IMG/VR virus record: IMGVR_UViG_3300028886_000045
From: a virus
Lineage: Duplodnaviria; Caudoviricetes
DNA length: 64,000 nt
Strand: one strand, 5' to 3'
Positions within the stretch are counted from its first letter, which is position 1. Every line of letters begins with the position of its first letter. The notes beneath the pieces were generated by a model. It did no database searches and had not been told where the DNA came from. It saw nothing but the letters and a program-made list of their open reading frames with translations. Below, one piece after another: positions 49,345 to 58,923 of the stretch. Made by a program: the position numbers and the translations under genes.

Positions 49345-49806
49345 TTACTTCTTTGACTTTCTTGTGGTCTTTGCGCCCTTTCTGCGTGAAGAACGCCTTG
49401 ACCCCCTTTGGGTCTGTTTCTTTGCACTCATTCGTTGCGCCCTTGAACCCTTATCTGCGACACCTACGGTTTTACTGCCTATATGTGTCATTGTAGATTC
49501 TATCCCCGAATACTTGTAGTTCTTACCCTTTACGACCATTTCGCCCGTAGATTTATTGGTAATACCCTCAGAGGTGATATGACCTACAACCCTAAACTTA
49601 CCATTTGCATCCCTTTTGTAAATGGCTTGCTTTTCCAAGTCACGGATGCCCATTTTGTTCATAGGCAATTTGTTTCCGTGCTCGTCTTTGTTCTGCGCAT
49701 AATTGGCTATTCCAATCTCGTAATCACCTTGACCGAAAGCCTTAATTACTGCTTGCTGTGTTCGTGTGTTTGAACCGCTACCTAATGCACGTTTAATCTC
49801 TGGCAT
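49345..49806 (-). CDS. basic hypothetical protein
   Basis: Lys/Arg-rich C-terminus; between ASCH and PP-loop genes. Confidence 0.75.
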   Translation of the reverse strand: MPEIKRALGSGSNTRTQQAVIKAFGQGDYEIGIANYAQNKDEHGNKLPMNKMGIRDLEKQAIYKRDANGKFRVVGHITSEGITNKSTGEMVVKGKNYKYSGIESTMTHIGSKTVGVADKGSRAQRMSAKKQTQRGSRRSSRRKGAKTTRKSKK

Positions 49807-49818
49807 AATAATAAAGTG

Positions 49819-50346
49819 TTAAATGTTAAACCTTTTCACTATCTTTCCGAGAGCAAAATAGAAAACATAGAACGGCTTAAAATTTTCACCTTCTTTTTCA
49901 ATAAAACGCAAACACTCCAAATCACCGTACTCGTCAAAAATCCAATCGGCAATTTCTTCATCCACAAACACCAAGTCATTCTCAGTACATTCAACATCTA
50001 ACGACCAAGTGTTATTGTAGTTATGGAAATGGATTTGTCTAACGATGCGTACAGGGTCTAATATATCCTTGACTTCATCGGGCGCACAAATCGCTTTTAC
50101 TTGCTCATTGTCTTTGTAGCAATTCAAAGCGTTCACTATTTCCTCATCCATTACCCTTTTGATGTAGAAATCCGTGAAATCCCTATACTCAACCTTCTTG
50201 CTTCCGTTAATTATATCTTCTGCATTCTGCTTTGTAAGAATCAAATCAAGAACTTCTATCTCTTGTGGCTCTTTTAGTGTTCTGTGAATCTTCGCGATTG
50301 CATCAAACTTTCTTTTCCAATTTTCGTACTCTGCCTCGTAATCCAT
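49819..50346 (-). CDS. ASCH-domain protein
   Basis: LDLIL..IINGSKKVEYR..IHFHNYNNTWSLDV..YFALG. Confidence 0.8.
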   Translation of the reverse strand: MDYEAEYENWKRKFDAIAKIHRTLKEPQEIEVLDLILTKQNAEDIINGSKKVEYRDFTDFYIKRVMDEEIVNALNCYKDNEQVKAICAPDEVKDILDPVRIVRQIHFHNYNNTWSLDVECTENDLVFVDEEIADWIFDEYGDLECLRFIEKEGENFKPFYVFYFALGKIVKRFNI

Positions 50347-50384
50347 AATTTAAGTGCAAATTTATTAATTATTATGCTAATATG

Positions 50385-50450
50385 ATACGCTTGTACTGCC
50401 TTGGCTTTCACTTAAAACAAAATGAAAAAACCACCAGCAGACAAACGTAT
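50385..50450 (-). promoter_or_regulatory. long irregular hairpin in 5' leader of ASCH operon
   Basis: AUACGUUUGUCUGC...GCAGUACAAGCGUAU with inner UGGUUUUUUCA/UGAAAGCCA; promoter 50472..50503. Confidence 0.55.
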
Positions 50451-50818
50451 TTTTACCCCTTTTTGTCGCTACAAAGTTAGCGATTTATTCTGAAATTACC
50501 AAATTTTATCCCACCTTTTTGCTTAGTAGGTATTCAGATATTCTAATTCGTCACAAACTGCAAACCATCCATGCTTTCGCGTCCCCTTGGGCATTTTGAA
50601 AATGTGAAGAAAATCGCTTTCCAAACGCCCTGTGGCTCTTTCTGCATCAAGTGCCTTTTGTGCTTCTTTCTTTGTTCTATAATACTTTCTTTTCATACTA
50701 CATGATTTTGTTTATTCTTGTTTACATTACAAAGGTAGATAAAAATCTTTGTTTATGCAAATTTTTTACCAACTATTTTTGCATAACTATACGATAATCC
50801 GCATTTTGTAATGTCCAC

Positions 50819-51157
50819 TTAGCAATTTTGGGCGTATTTATGCCTTAATTCTACCAACGATGGCACATTATATCCCTCTTTGCGCATTAGATACAAATGT
50901 GTCCTTACGCTTTCCATTGTAACCCCTAACGTATCGGCTACTTGCACGACATCCATTCCGTCAAGAAACATTTGCAACATGGTTTCTTTCTTTTCCTTGC
51001 TCCAAAACCTTTCTTTCCGAAAGTTACGTTTCTGTATCTGATAATACACGGCTTGTCGCGAGCACCCTATCCAATCGGCAATTTCGGAAATCTTTCTTCT
51101 GCCTAAATTGTCGCTTATATAACGTAGTTCATCCTTGGTAAATCGCGTATATCCCAT
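50819..51157 (-). CDS. tandem HTH-repeat protein
   Basis: EIADWIGCS and VADTLGVT units. Confidence 0.8.
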   Translation of the reverse strand: MGYTRFTKDELRYISDNLGRRKISEIADWIGCSRQAVYYQIQKRNFRKERFWSKEKKETMLQMFLDGMDVVQVADTLGVTMESVRTHLYLMRKEGYNVPSLVELRHKYAQNC

Positions 51158-51160
51158 TTG

Positions 51161-51493
51161 TTATATCTTCCTTCTGTATGGCACATTGTAGCCTTTCTGC
51201 CTTAGTATGGATAATTCCATATACACGGCATGGGGCGTTACTTTCAGTAAATCGACTATTTCCCCCACTTTTGCACCATCCCTATACATTTGCACCAACT
51301 TCGCGTTTCTTTCTGCATTCCAAAAGTTAAACCGCCCCGTCTTGATACCCCTTTTCTTCAAATGATACCTTATTGCATCAGTCGTGCAACCTATCCATTC
51401 CGCAATCTCCCTTGGGGATTTCGTATAAGCATTATCCAATATGTATTGAATATCGCTTTTATCTAAACCTATGTAATGCCTTTTAGTACCCAT
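51161..51493 (-). CDS. tandem HTH-repeat protein
   Basis: EIAEWIGCT..FWNAERN..LR.KGYNVP. Confidence 0.8.
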   Translation of the reverse strand: MGTKRHYIGLDKSDIQYILDNAYTKSPREIAEWIGCTTDAIRYHLKKRGIKTGRFNFWNAERNAKLVQMYRDGAKVGEIVDLLKVTPHAVYMELSILRQKGYNVPYRRKI

Positions 51494-52526
51494 TTCGTTT
51501 CTTTTCTGCCCAAAATTCTTTTAGTGTTGGCAATTTCATACCTTCCTTACGCATTATTGTAAGTTGTGCGCTTATCGCCCTTTTACTGACTTTATACACA
51601 TCTGCCAATTCTTCTAAAGTCATACCCTTCTTTCGTAGTTCCAACAATTCCGCTTTACGCAAATTACTCCACTTGCTGAACCTTTCCACTTGGATATGGC
51701 GTTTATTCAGATTGTAGATAATCGTAGAAATATGGCATCCTAACTCATTAGCCATTTCCCCACTACTTTTCTTTCCTACATTTTCCAAAATGTATTGGAT
51801 TTCTTTTTCTGTTAATTTCGTGTAACCTTTATATGGTGACATTTTTTCCTTTAACCTTTCTTTTATTTGCCATAAAGTAGGCACTTCCATTCCGCTTTTT
51901 CGCGCTTCGTGCAACTGATTTCTAATTGCTACTTTCGTTGTTTCAAATTTTTCCGCTACTTCACCTAACGCCTTCCCACTTTCGAGCATCCGTATTATTT
52001 CTATTCTTTTTGATGGACTCCACCGACTGAAACGCGCAGCCTCTATACCCATAGCCTTTTGGTATGCCCTAATAGACACACTACTACACCCTAACCATTC
52101 AGCCATTTCCCTTGTGCTTAATATATTGGTGTTGTCTTTGATATATTGCTTATCCTCTTCTGTAAAACCGCCCTTTTCACAGAATGCAGACAATTTCTTG
52201 CGTTCTTTGAACAAAGGCACATCCACCCCTTGCGCACGCAACAGAACCAAACGGACATACACACTATTTCTTTTCATGTGGAACTTATCAGCCAAAACGT
52301 GCGCGGAATACCCTTGCTTTACCATTTCGATAAACTCACCGCTTCGCTTGCTATCCCACTTCAAATGACGCTTTAGTTTTATATTCTGTCGCTTGATATG
52401 ATTTCGGACACTCATCTCACAACACCCTATTTCATCCGCGATTTCATAGACGGATTTCTTATTGGCGTTTTCGACAATATATCGTTTGTCATTCTCTGTA
52501 AGTTTATAGTTTCCTTTTTTCTTCAT
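51483..52526 (-). CDS. multi-HTH-repeat protein (three double-HTH units)
   Basis: Three T.EDK.YI..N..E(I/M)A..(I/L)GC..W..G..P units. Confidence 0.8.
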   Translation of the reverse strand: MKKKGNYKLTENDKRYIVENANKKSVYEIADEIGCCEMSVRNHIKRQNIKLKRHLKWDSKRSGEFIEMVKQGYSAHVLADKFHMKRNSVYVRLVLLRAQGVDVPLFKERKKLSAFCEKGGFTEEDKQYIKDNTNILSTREMAEWLGCSSVSIRAYQKAMGIEAARFSRWSPSKRIEIIRMLESGKALGEVAEKFETTKVAIRNQLHEARKSGMEVPTLWQIKERLKEKMSPYKGYTKLTEKEIQYILENVGKKSSGEMANELGCHISTIIYNLNKRHIQVERFSKWSNLRKAELLELRKKGMTLEELADVYKVSKRAISAQLTIMRKEGMKLPTLKEFWAEKKRNGY

Positions 52527-52528
52527 AC

Positions 52529-53173
52529 TTACTTTGTTCTTATTTTGTACTTAGGAACTTCATACCCTTTCTTACGCGCAATAGCAAGCCTACACGCCAC
52601 GTTAAAGTGTGTAATGCCCATCCTTTGCGCTATTTCCTTGTGTGGCATTCCGACTTTCGCATATTCGCTTATCTCCTTGTACTTCTCATCCGTCCAAATA
52701 ATCCTTTTGTTCTTCAAATCGTGCTTTCGCTTGTAAATCCTTACTGCGTGCGCTGAAAAACCTATCATTTTCGCAATTTCCGTATTGGTCATTTTTTCTG
52801 CGTTTTCTTCAATACATCGCTTGTTCTCGTCCGACATACGCACAATGACACCTTCGTATTTGGGTCTGTCAAAGAAAGGAATATCATAGCCTTGCGCCCT
52901 TAACATTTGGGCGCGTCTGCGAACATACTCCACCGTCATACCCATTTTTTCGGCTATCACCGAACAATTTCTTTCCGACATTGCATAATGCAAGAATCTT
53001 TGGGTTCTTTCTTCATCCCACACCTTATTAAGCCTATCCTTTAGGTTGTACTTGTAATAAAGCACGGTCTTCACGTTTACCCCCAAAAATGTTGCTATGT
53101 CAATATTTGACATTTTACCCATGTTTTCGCGGATAAATGCTATTTCATTTATATTCAGTCTTTTCTTTGTCAT
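52529..53173 (-). CDS. multi-HTH-repeat protein (two double-HTH units)
   Basis: Same repeat unit twice. Confidence 0.8.
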   Translation of the reverse strand: MTKKRLNINEIAFIRENMGKMSNIDIATFLGVNVKTVLYYKYNLKDRLNKVWDEERTQRFLHYAMSERNCSVIAEKMGMTVEYVRRRAQMLRAQGYDIPFFDRPKYEGVIVRMSDENKRCIEENAEKMTNTEIAKMIGFSAHAVRIYKRKHDLKNKRIIWTDEKYKEISEYAKVGMPHKEIAQRMGITHFNVACRLAIARKKGYEVPKYKIRTK

Positions 53174-54122
53174 TCTTATGTTTCTCTGCGTTTCTTTTAA
53201 TTACATCCGAAAACAACTTATCGTGTGAGCATATATCAATTTTGTGCTCACTCTTCATAACTTGCAACACCGTCACGCAATACATAAAAACTAACTTGTA
53301 TTGCTTTAGGAAATCCGCACCCTTTGCCTTAATATCTTCACCCATAAAGCGCGATGCGTACAAATCCCACATCAAATCCAAATCCCCCTCGCCATTTGGG
53401 ATTAAGGCTAAAATCACACACGCGACCATAAAAAGGTTTCGGCAATCCTTTAGGTTCTTATCAATAAAGCCTTCTTCATAGCCATCTATTACCTTTGCAC
53501 CATCCTTTACCAAGTCAAAGATATTGCAAAGTATTTCCATTTTCTTGTAGTTCGCCTTTTCTTCTTCTGCTGTCGGCTCTTTCCTACTTTCCACGGCATC
53601 CCTTAACGAGCGCAAATCCGTGCATGAATAACCTTGACTTACCGCCCATTCGTACATGATAGATGAATGTGTCAAATCAAGGGGAATATTACCTTTTTCG
53701 ACATATCCGATTATCTGCTCCCTCGTCCACTTTTCCAACCACAACTTTACCTTTGCAACATACGCGCATTCTAAGACTTCACATATAGCCTCAATCATGC
53801 TTTCGTCTGTCACCTTGCAGTCTTCCACCACAGTATCTATACAGACACGCGCTTGTAGGCTTAAATCCGTTTCGCTTTTGTTGTCAATGTACTTGTTTTT
53901 GTTTTCTTCAAAAAACTCGTCCATCGTACATAGCACGGATATAGCCTTGTTTACGGCTACTTCTACGGCTTTATTCTCGCCAATCTTTTGAAATGCTTCA
54001 TTCTGAAACATTAAGCAAGTGCAAATGATAAGGTAATGCGCCTCACCTTCCGACTTGACACGGTTCTGCAAACCGTCCAAAAGCATTGCGCGTGCAATCC
54101 TCTTGTTAAATTTTCTTTCCAT
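53145..54122 (-). CDS. hypothetical helical protein
   Basis: 325 aa; follows promoter 54161. Confidence 0.75.
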   Translation of the reverse strand: MERKFNKRIARAMLLDGLQNRVKSEGEAHYLIICTCLMFQNEAFQKIGENKAVEVAVNKAISVLCTMDEFFEENKNKYIDNKSETDLSLQARVCIDTVVEDCKVTDESMIEAICEVLECAYVAKVKLWLEKWTREQIIGYVEKGNIPLDLTHSSIMYEWAVSQGYSCTDLRSLRDAVESRKEPTAEEEKANYKKMEILCNIFDLVKDGAKVIDGYEEGFIDKNLKDCRNLFMVACVILALIPNGEGDLDLMWDLYASRFMGEDIKAKGADFLKQYKLVFMYCVTVLQVMKSEHKIDICSHDKLFSDVIKRNAEKHKNDKEKTEYK

Positions 54123-54211
54123 TCAATTTTTATCTTAATTACAAACTTAAATTTCTTCTGCAAAGGTACGAAAAATTTGTATATCTACCAACTTTTTTAA
54201 CGCTTTTTTAT

Positions 54212-54378
54212 AAAAAAATGGCTCTTGTATCACTACAAAAGCCACCTTACCATTAACTTCTTAAAATTTTTATAACTATGACTTTATCTAAACAGACAAT
54301 CTATTTCAAAGAAAAAGGGCGCATTTCTTACGAAAAAAGCACCCTTAAACATTCATGTAAATATGGAAAAAAAATTCG
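54212..54378 (-). ncRNA. tRNA trailer with two hairpin-U units (candidate sRNAs)
   Basis: GGGUGCUUUUUUC-GUAA-GAAAUGCGCCC-U5 and UGGCUUUUGUA-GUGA-UACAAGAGCCA-U7. Confidence 0.45.
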
Positions 54379-54451
54379 TTGCAGGGGATGGACTCGAACC
54401 ACCGACCACAAGGATATGAGCCTTGTATGCTACCGACTGCACTACCCTACG
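54379..54451 (-). tRNA. tRNA-Met(CAU), initiator-like C1:A72
   Basis: CGTAGGG-TA-GTGC AGTCGGTA GCAT-A-CAAGG CTCATAT CCTTG-TGGTC-GGTGG TTCGAGT CCATC-CCCTGCA-A; promoter 54466..54497. Confidence 0.9.
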
Positions 54452-54506
54452 ATATTTTCATGTTGCAAAGGTACGACTTTTCTTTGAAACCACCAAACTT
54501 TTACCA

Positions 54507-54800
54507 TTATTTTTTGGTATAACTTTCTAAATTTTTGGTATAGTATTCAAACTCCTTGAATTGCATAACCACATCTTGCGCCTTTTTCATTACTTTCTCC
54601 ATAGTCATAATCTTTGATTTCAGATTTCGTATGTCACGTTTCGCGTACTGCAACTCGTTCATTAATCGCCTACGTTCTTCATTCACATACTGCTTTTTAT
54701 AGTATTTCTTTCCCTTTTGGAAAGCATACTCAAAAACTTCATCTTTCTTCATTTGGCGCAACGCTTTCTTATCGTGCTCATTCAGTTCAATTTCCATCAT
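54507..54800 (-). CDS. coiled-coil hypothetical protein
   Basis: Heptad-like K/E-rich sequence. Confidence 0.6.
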   Translation of the reverse strand: MMEIELNEHDKKALRQMKKDEVFEYAFQKGKKYYKKQYVNEERRRLMNELQYAKRDIRNLKSKIMTMEKVMKKAQDVVMQFKEFEYYTKNLESYTKK

Positions 54801-55174
54801 TTCAGAATCTTTACTTTTACGTTTTCTATCTTTATGCGCTTGGAATTTTTAGGGTGTATCAGTATGTCAATTCGGTGTTTGTGTCGCTTATTCATAAGGT
54901 CACGCACCTCGTACACGCCAAACCCTTCAATCCAAACCCTTTTCGGCTTACCCTTTGGGAACAACCAAACCAAATCCCTACTTATCGCACACCATTGTAT
55001 TTTGCCGTGCTTTAGGTGCTTTAGGTTTATCTTGCTCCCATCGGCTGTTATCAATGGTTGGCTATTGCATTGTGCCTTTATTGGTTGATAGCACGTTAAA
55101 GTAACGTGTGTTGTCTGTGCGCTCATCGCAATCGTAAGCAACAAAGACAATAAAGATATTATTATTTTCTTCAT
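54797..55174 (-). CDS. secreted 3D-domain (MltA-like) protein
   Basis: Signal peptide; TCY..TADG..AISRD..VWIEG.G.YEVRD..IDI. Confidence 0.75.
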   Translation of the reverse strand: MKKIIISLLSLLLTIAMSAQTTHVTLTCYQPIKAQCNSQPLITADGSKINLKHLKHGKIQWCAISRDLVWLFPKGKPKRVWIEGFGVYEVRDLMNKRHKHRIDILIHPKNSKRIKIENVKVKILK

Positions 55175-55273
55175 ATTTCTTACTATTACTTAAAAGGTTT
55201 TCAATGCAAAGATACCAACTTTTACCAACTTATCCAAACATTTTAACCCTTGAAAGAACTAATTAACCTTTGT

Positions 55274-57496
55274 TTACAAAGGCACGTTTGTAAGTTGTCT
55301 TCTGTCATTATACAAATTCCAATCACCCACGGCATTTTGACGGAATACCAATTTATGAACTTCACCGAACCTATAAGTGTTTCCGCATAAGTCCACTATC
55401 CAACCATCCTTTCCCTCAAATGGTCTGATTCCGCGCCCCACTTCTTGATAATAACGTGATAGGCTCATTGTAGGCGTACCCAAAACGATTGTGTCCAAAT
55501 CGGGTCTGTCGTAACCGCAAACCAAAGTAGAACAATTCAAAAGAACTTGGAACTCGCCCCTATTGAACTCGTCCAAAATCCTTTCCCTTTCTTTCTTTGG
55601 GGTCTTTCCGCTAACCATTTTCGCGCTTGGTATCGTCTTGGTCATGTGTTCTGCCAATTCCACCAATCGGACAAATACCAATATACCGTGTCGTGGCACA
55701 CCGCTTTTAGGGTGTTGCAAACGCTTGATTATACTTTCCATGTGTTCGTAGAAATGGCAATGCTCCTCCATCCACCTCAAACTCGACTTGGAAAAATCAG
55801 TACCCACGGTATTCTTGAATACTTTCTCCATATTCATTTTTGGCGGTCTGACATCAAAGTATCGCAAAGGTGCAAGGAAACCCTCACGCAACAGATATTG
55901 GGTATCTACATTATACAAAACCTCGCTAAACACTTGACCGTTACCGACTATGGGAACTAACATAGAAACCGCATCGGACATATCCATTTTCTTATTCTTC
56001 CAATCCCATTTCTGTCCTTCCGTCTGCAATCTGTAAGGCGTTGCAGTAAGTCCGATTATCTTTCTGTTCATTATATTAAAGAAATCGAAATACATACCCT
56101 CAGAAGGATTGATTGTGTGTGCCTCGTCCACAATTATATACTTGAACTGCTTGAACAAAGACGGATAGGACTTAGCACTACCAATCGTTGCAAACGTAAC
56201 CTTTGCAATGTTCTTTTTTCCTACTGATGCCGAATACATAGCGCAATCATCCGTATAGGTTTTCATTTTCTTGTAATTCTGCATCAATATTTCCTTTGAA
56301 GGTTGGAATACCAACACCTCGCTATTCAGTTTCTTTGCTATATCGGCAATAACAAGGCTTTTTCCGCAATTATGGTGTATGAAATACTGCCAATCCGCAT
56401 ATAGATGGTTTCCGTCCAACGTAAATCCGTAGTATTCACCGCGTCCTATACTTTCGACTGAAAAACCCTCCACATAGATACTTTTCCGTTGCTTTCGTGG
56501 CTTACCCTTGCGTTCTGCAACCCTATTGGGTATTATATCCAAATCACCGCTTATCTGCAATCTGTAATAATTCACGCCCTCCACAAACTTATCCCTAATA
56601 CTTGCATACAAACCCACCGACCTACAAAGAAACTGAATATCATAAGCCAAACGCTTTGACTTAGTGCAATACTCGTACACGTTCTTTTCTTCGTCATAGT
56701 AGGTATCTGTATCTATCAAGCCACCCAAAAGCAAAAGCCTATCCTCTCGCCTTGCATACTTGAACTCCTTGGGAATAAACTTATCCCCCGACCTTGATTC
56801 AAACAATTCATAGCGCATCAAGTACGATTTTAACGGATTAAAGTTGTTTTTGTCGGCTTCTCTATGCGTAAACATATACGATGACGCAATACCGCTCCCC
56901 TTTGGCACGACCCTTATATTAAAGCCGTATTTGTCGGCAAAGTCATAAAGGAATGATACTACTTCCTTATGCCTTGTCGTTATCCCCAATCCGCTAACGG
57001 AGCATCCGTCACCGATAAACAAACCCATAAAATAAGGTTCTACCGCCCAACCATCGAAGCAATCCAACCCCTCCAATCTGTATAACTTATGTAAATGCTT
57101 GTAGGATTTGTTTTGGCGCAAATAATCCCTTACGGATATTTCGTCATACGCGATTTTATCACCGCTCCATCTTCGTGTGCGATATAAAGAAAGAATATGC
57201 CCACCGTTCACCACAAACGGCTCGCCCTTTTTGGGAACTATCCTATACATATCATCCTCACCCCTATGCAAAGACAATACGTTTCGCGGTTTTCCATCAT
57301 CACCCATTACCTTATCACCCACCTTAATATCTTCAACATTCTTTAACGAACCATCCGACATCATAATTGGATAACCTTTTGCGTGACACCCCGTAGCCAT
57401 CACCAACAATCCGTTTCCCTTTCTTCTATCGTCAGTAAGGAACTTTACGGCTTCTTCTGAGGCTTCTTTCTGATATGGTCTTAACTCGTACTTCAT
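55274..57496 (-). CDS. SF2 DEAH-box helicase with intein
   Basis: LRPYQ; Walker A MATG|CGKS split by intein; VDEAH; GLTATP; G.DRP; QEVGRGIR. Confidence 0.92.
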   Translation of the reverse strand: MKYELRPYQKEASEEAVKFLTDDRRKGNGLLVMATGCHAKGYPIMMSDGSLKNVEDIKVGDKVMGDDGKPRNVLSLHRGEDDMYRIVPKKGEPFVVNGGHILSLYRTRRWSGDKIAYDEISVRDYLRQNKSYKHLHKLYRLEGLDCFDGWAVEPYFMGLFIGDGCSVSGLGITTRHKEVVSFLYDFADKYGFNIRVVPKGSGIASSYMFTHREADKNNFNPLKSYLMRYELFESRSGDKFIPKEFKYARREDRLLLLGGLIDTDTYYDEEKNVYEYCTKSKRLAYDIQFLCRSVGLYASIRDKFVEGVNYYRLQISGDLDIIPNRVAERKGKPRKQRKSIYVEGFSVESIGRGEYYGFTLDGNHLYADWQYFIHHNCGKSLVIADIAKKLNSEVLVFQPSKEILMQNYKKMKTYTDDCAMYSASVGKKNIAKVTFATIGSAKSYPSLFKQFKYIIVDEAHTINPSEGMYFDFFNIMNRKIIGLTATPYRLQTEGQKWDWKNKKMDMSDAVSMLVPIVGNGQVFSEVLYNVDTQYLLREGFLAPLRYFDVRPPKMNMEKVFKNTVGTDFSKSSLRWMEEHCHFYEHMESIIKRLQHPKSGVPRHGILVFVRLVELAEHMTKTIPSAKMVSGKTPKKERERILDEFNRGEFQVLLNCSTLVCGYDRPDLDTIVLGTPTMSLSRYYQEVGRGIRPFEGKDGWIVDLCGNTYRFGEVHKLVFRQNAVGDWNLYNDRRQLTNVPL
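56369..57388 (-). mobile_element. intein (340 aa) with LAGLIDADG homing endonuclease
   Basis: Starts CHAKG, ends IHHN, +1 Cys; FMGLFIGDG and LLGGLIDTD motifs. Confidence 0.92.
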
Positions 57497-57501
57497 TCTT
57501 T

Positions 57502-57993
57502 CTACTGCTTTGGATAACTGATGCCTAACCTTGCAGAAAGACTATCCAACCGCCCCCCTACGAGGTATTTCTGCATCATATCCCCTAATTCTTCAACCTT
57601 TTCCGTGTCCGACATTTCGTCTTCGCCATGCAGATAGCGACAATGAAGAAACTTTGATATTTTGCCATTATCGCCAAACATTCTGCAAAGTTGCGGTCTT
57701 TGCAAGTATATGTTACACTTGCAATCCGCGCGTAAGAAAGGGCATTTGTTCTTTGCCAAACTTTCATCCGTTATCGGTAACACCACATTTGCGTCCCCAA
57801 ATTCATCACTATAACGTATAATTGGATTCACGATTTTCTTACGATACGCGCCAATCAGTTTCTTATCCAATGGTACGTTATAGCAACAATTTGCATGGCA
57901 TACGTTAGTCTTGCATTTGTTCATCTTCACAAGTAGGTAACTGATAGTTCTTTGGGTACTCCTTGACATACTCACGTCTTCCATTTTCTGCAA
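57502..57993 (-). CDS. YkgJ-like Cys-cluster protein (start likely internal)
   Basis: C..CHANCC..CPFL..C.C.IY..RP.LCR.F. Confidence 0.8.
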   Translation of the reverse strand: MQKMEDVSMSRSTQRTISYLLVKMNKCKTNVCHANCCYNVPLDKKLIGAYRKKIVNPIIRYSDEFGDANVVLPITDESLAKNKCPFLRADCKCNIYLQRPQLCRMFGDNGKISKFLHCRYLHGEDEMSDTEKVEELGDMMQKYLVGGRLDSLSARLGISYPKQ

Positions 57994-58923
57994 TCAGCAC
58001 CAACCGCCAACGTATCTCGCCCAATCGCGGAAACAGCAAACGCGCCCTACATTCTGCCATTTTGATAGTTTCCTCATATGTAGGTCTTAACTTTACTATG
58101 ACCGTCCCATAGTAATTTTGCCCATCCATAAGGTTTAGGTTTTCAATTTCAAAAACCACTTTCTTTGTACTTTGTTCTTTCTTTTCCATACTTCTTATTT
58201 TACATAAATCTTCGTTTCATAATCACCGCTTGCAAAAAGTCTGTATATATCCCTTAATGCAAGACTTGTTTCGCTTATATGATTTCCGATTACCAAGTAA
58301 CCGCAAACGTGTAATGACAAATTCAAGTCACACCGCAATTCCTTTAACTGAATGTAAAACACATCCCTTACTTGATAATAGTTTTTATCACTTGTAGGGG
58401 TTACGGTGTAAAGCACTTCTTTCATGCAATACTTTTCAAGGAAACGCAACCCCACCTTTAGTTTTCTTTCGCGTCTGATTTCATTATACACTACAAAACA
58501 TAGTGCAAGAATGCCAACGGCAAACCATACGCACAATATGATATTTGCAATTTTCATTTATCCCTCCTTTCGCACCAATTTTGAAACTCGCCAACATTTT
58601 TGAAACGTGGATGTCGTGGCAGTTCAAAACCGTCTTGCGTCAGTTTGAAATCAAACAAACCATATATATATTCGCGTTCTTTGTTGTAGTACATTACTAC
58701 CCTTTCGCCTATCCGTTTCAATGTTGCATCTTTGCGGACAGGCTTCTTTTCCGACAATTCAATTTCCATATTTATCTTAATCTTAAAAGGTATGTAAATA
58801 TTGGTTCAGCAACCACTTGCAAAATTACCAACTTTTTTCCACTTTACCAAATTTTGTTGGTATTTTTACCATTTATTAACAATAGGCGGTGCATTCGTTA
58901 ATCAGAACACACCGCCTTTTGTC

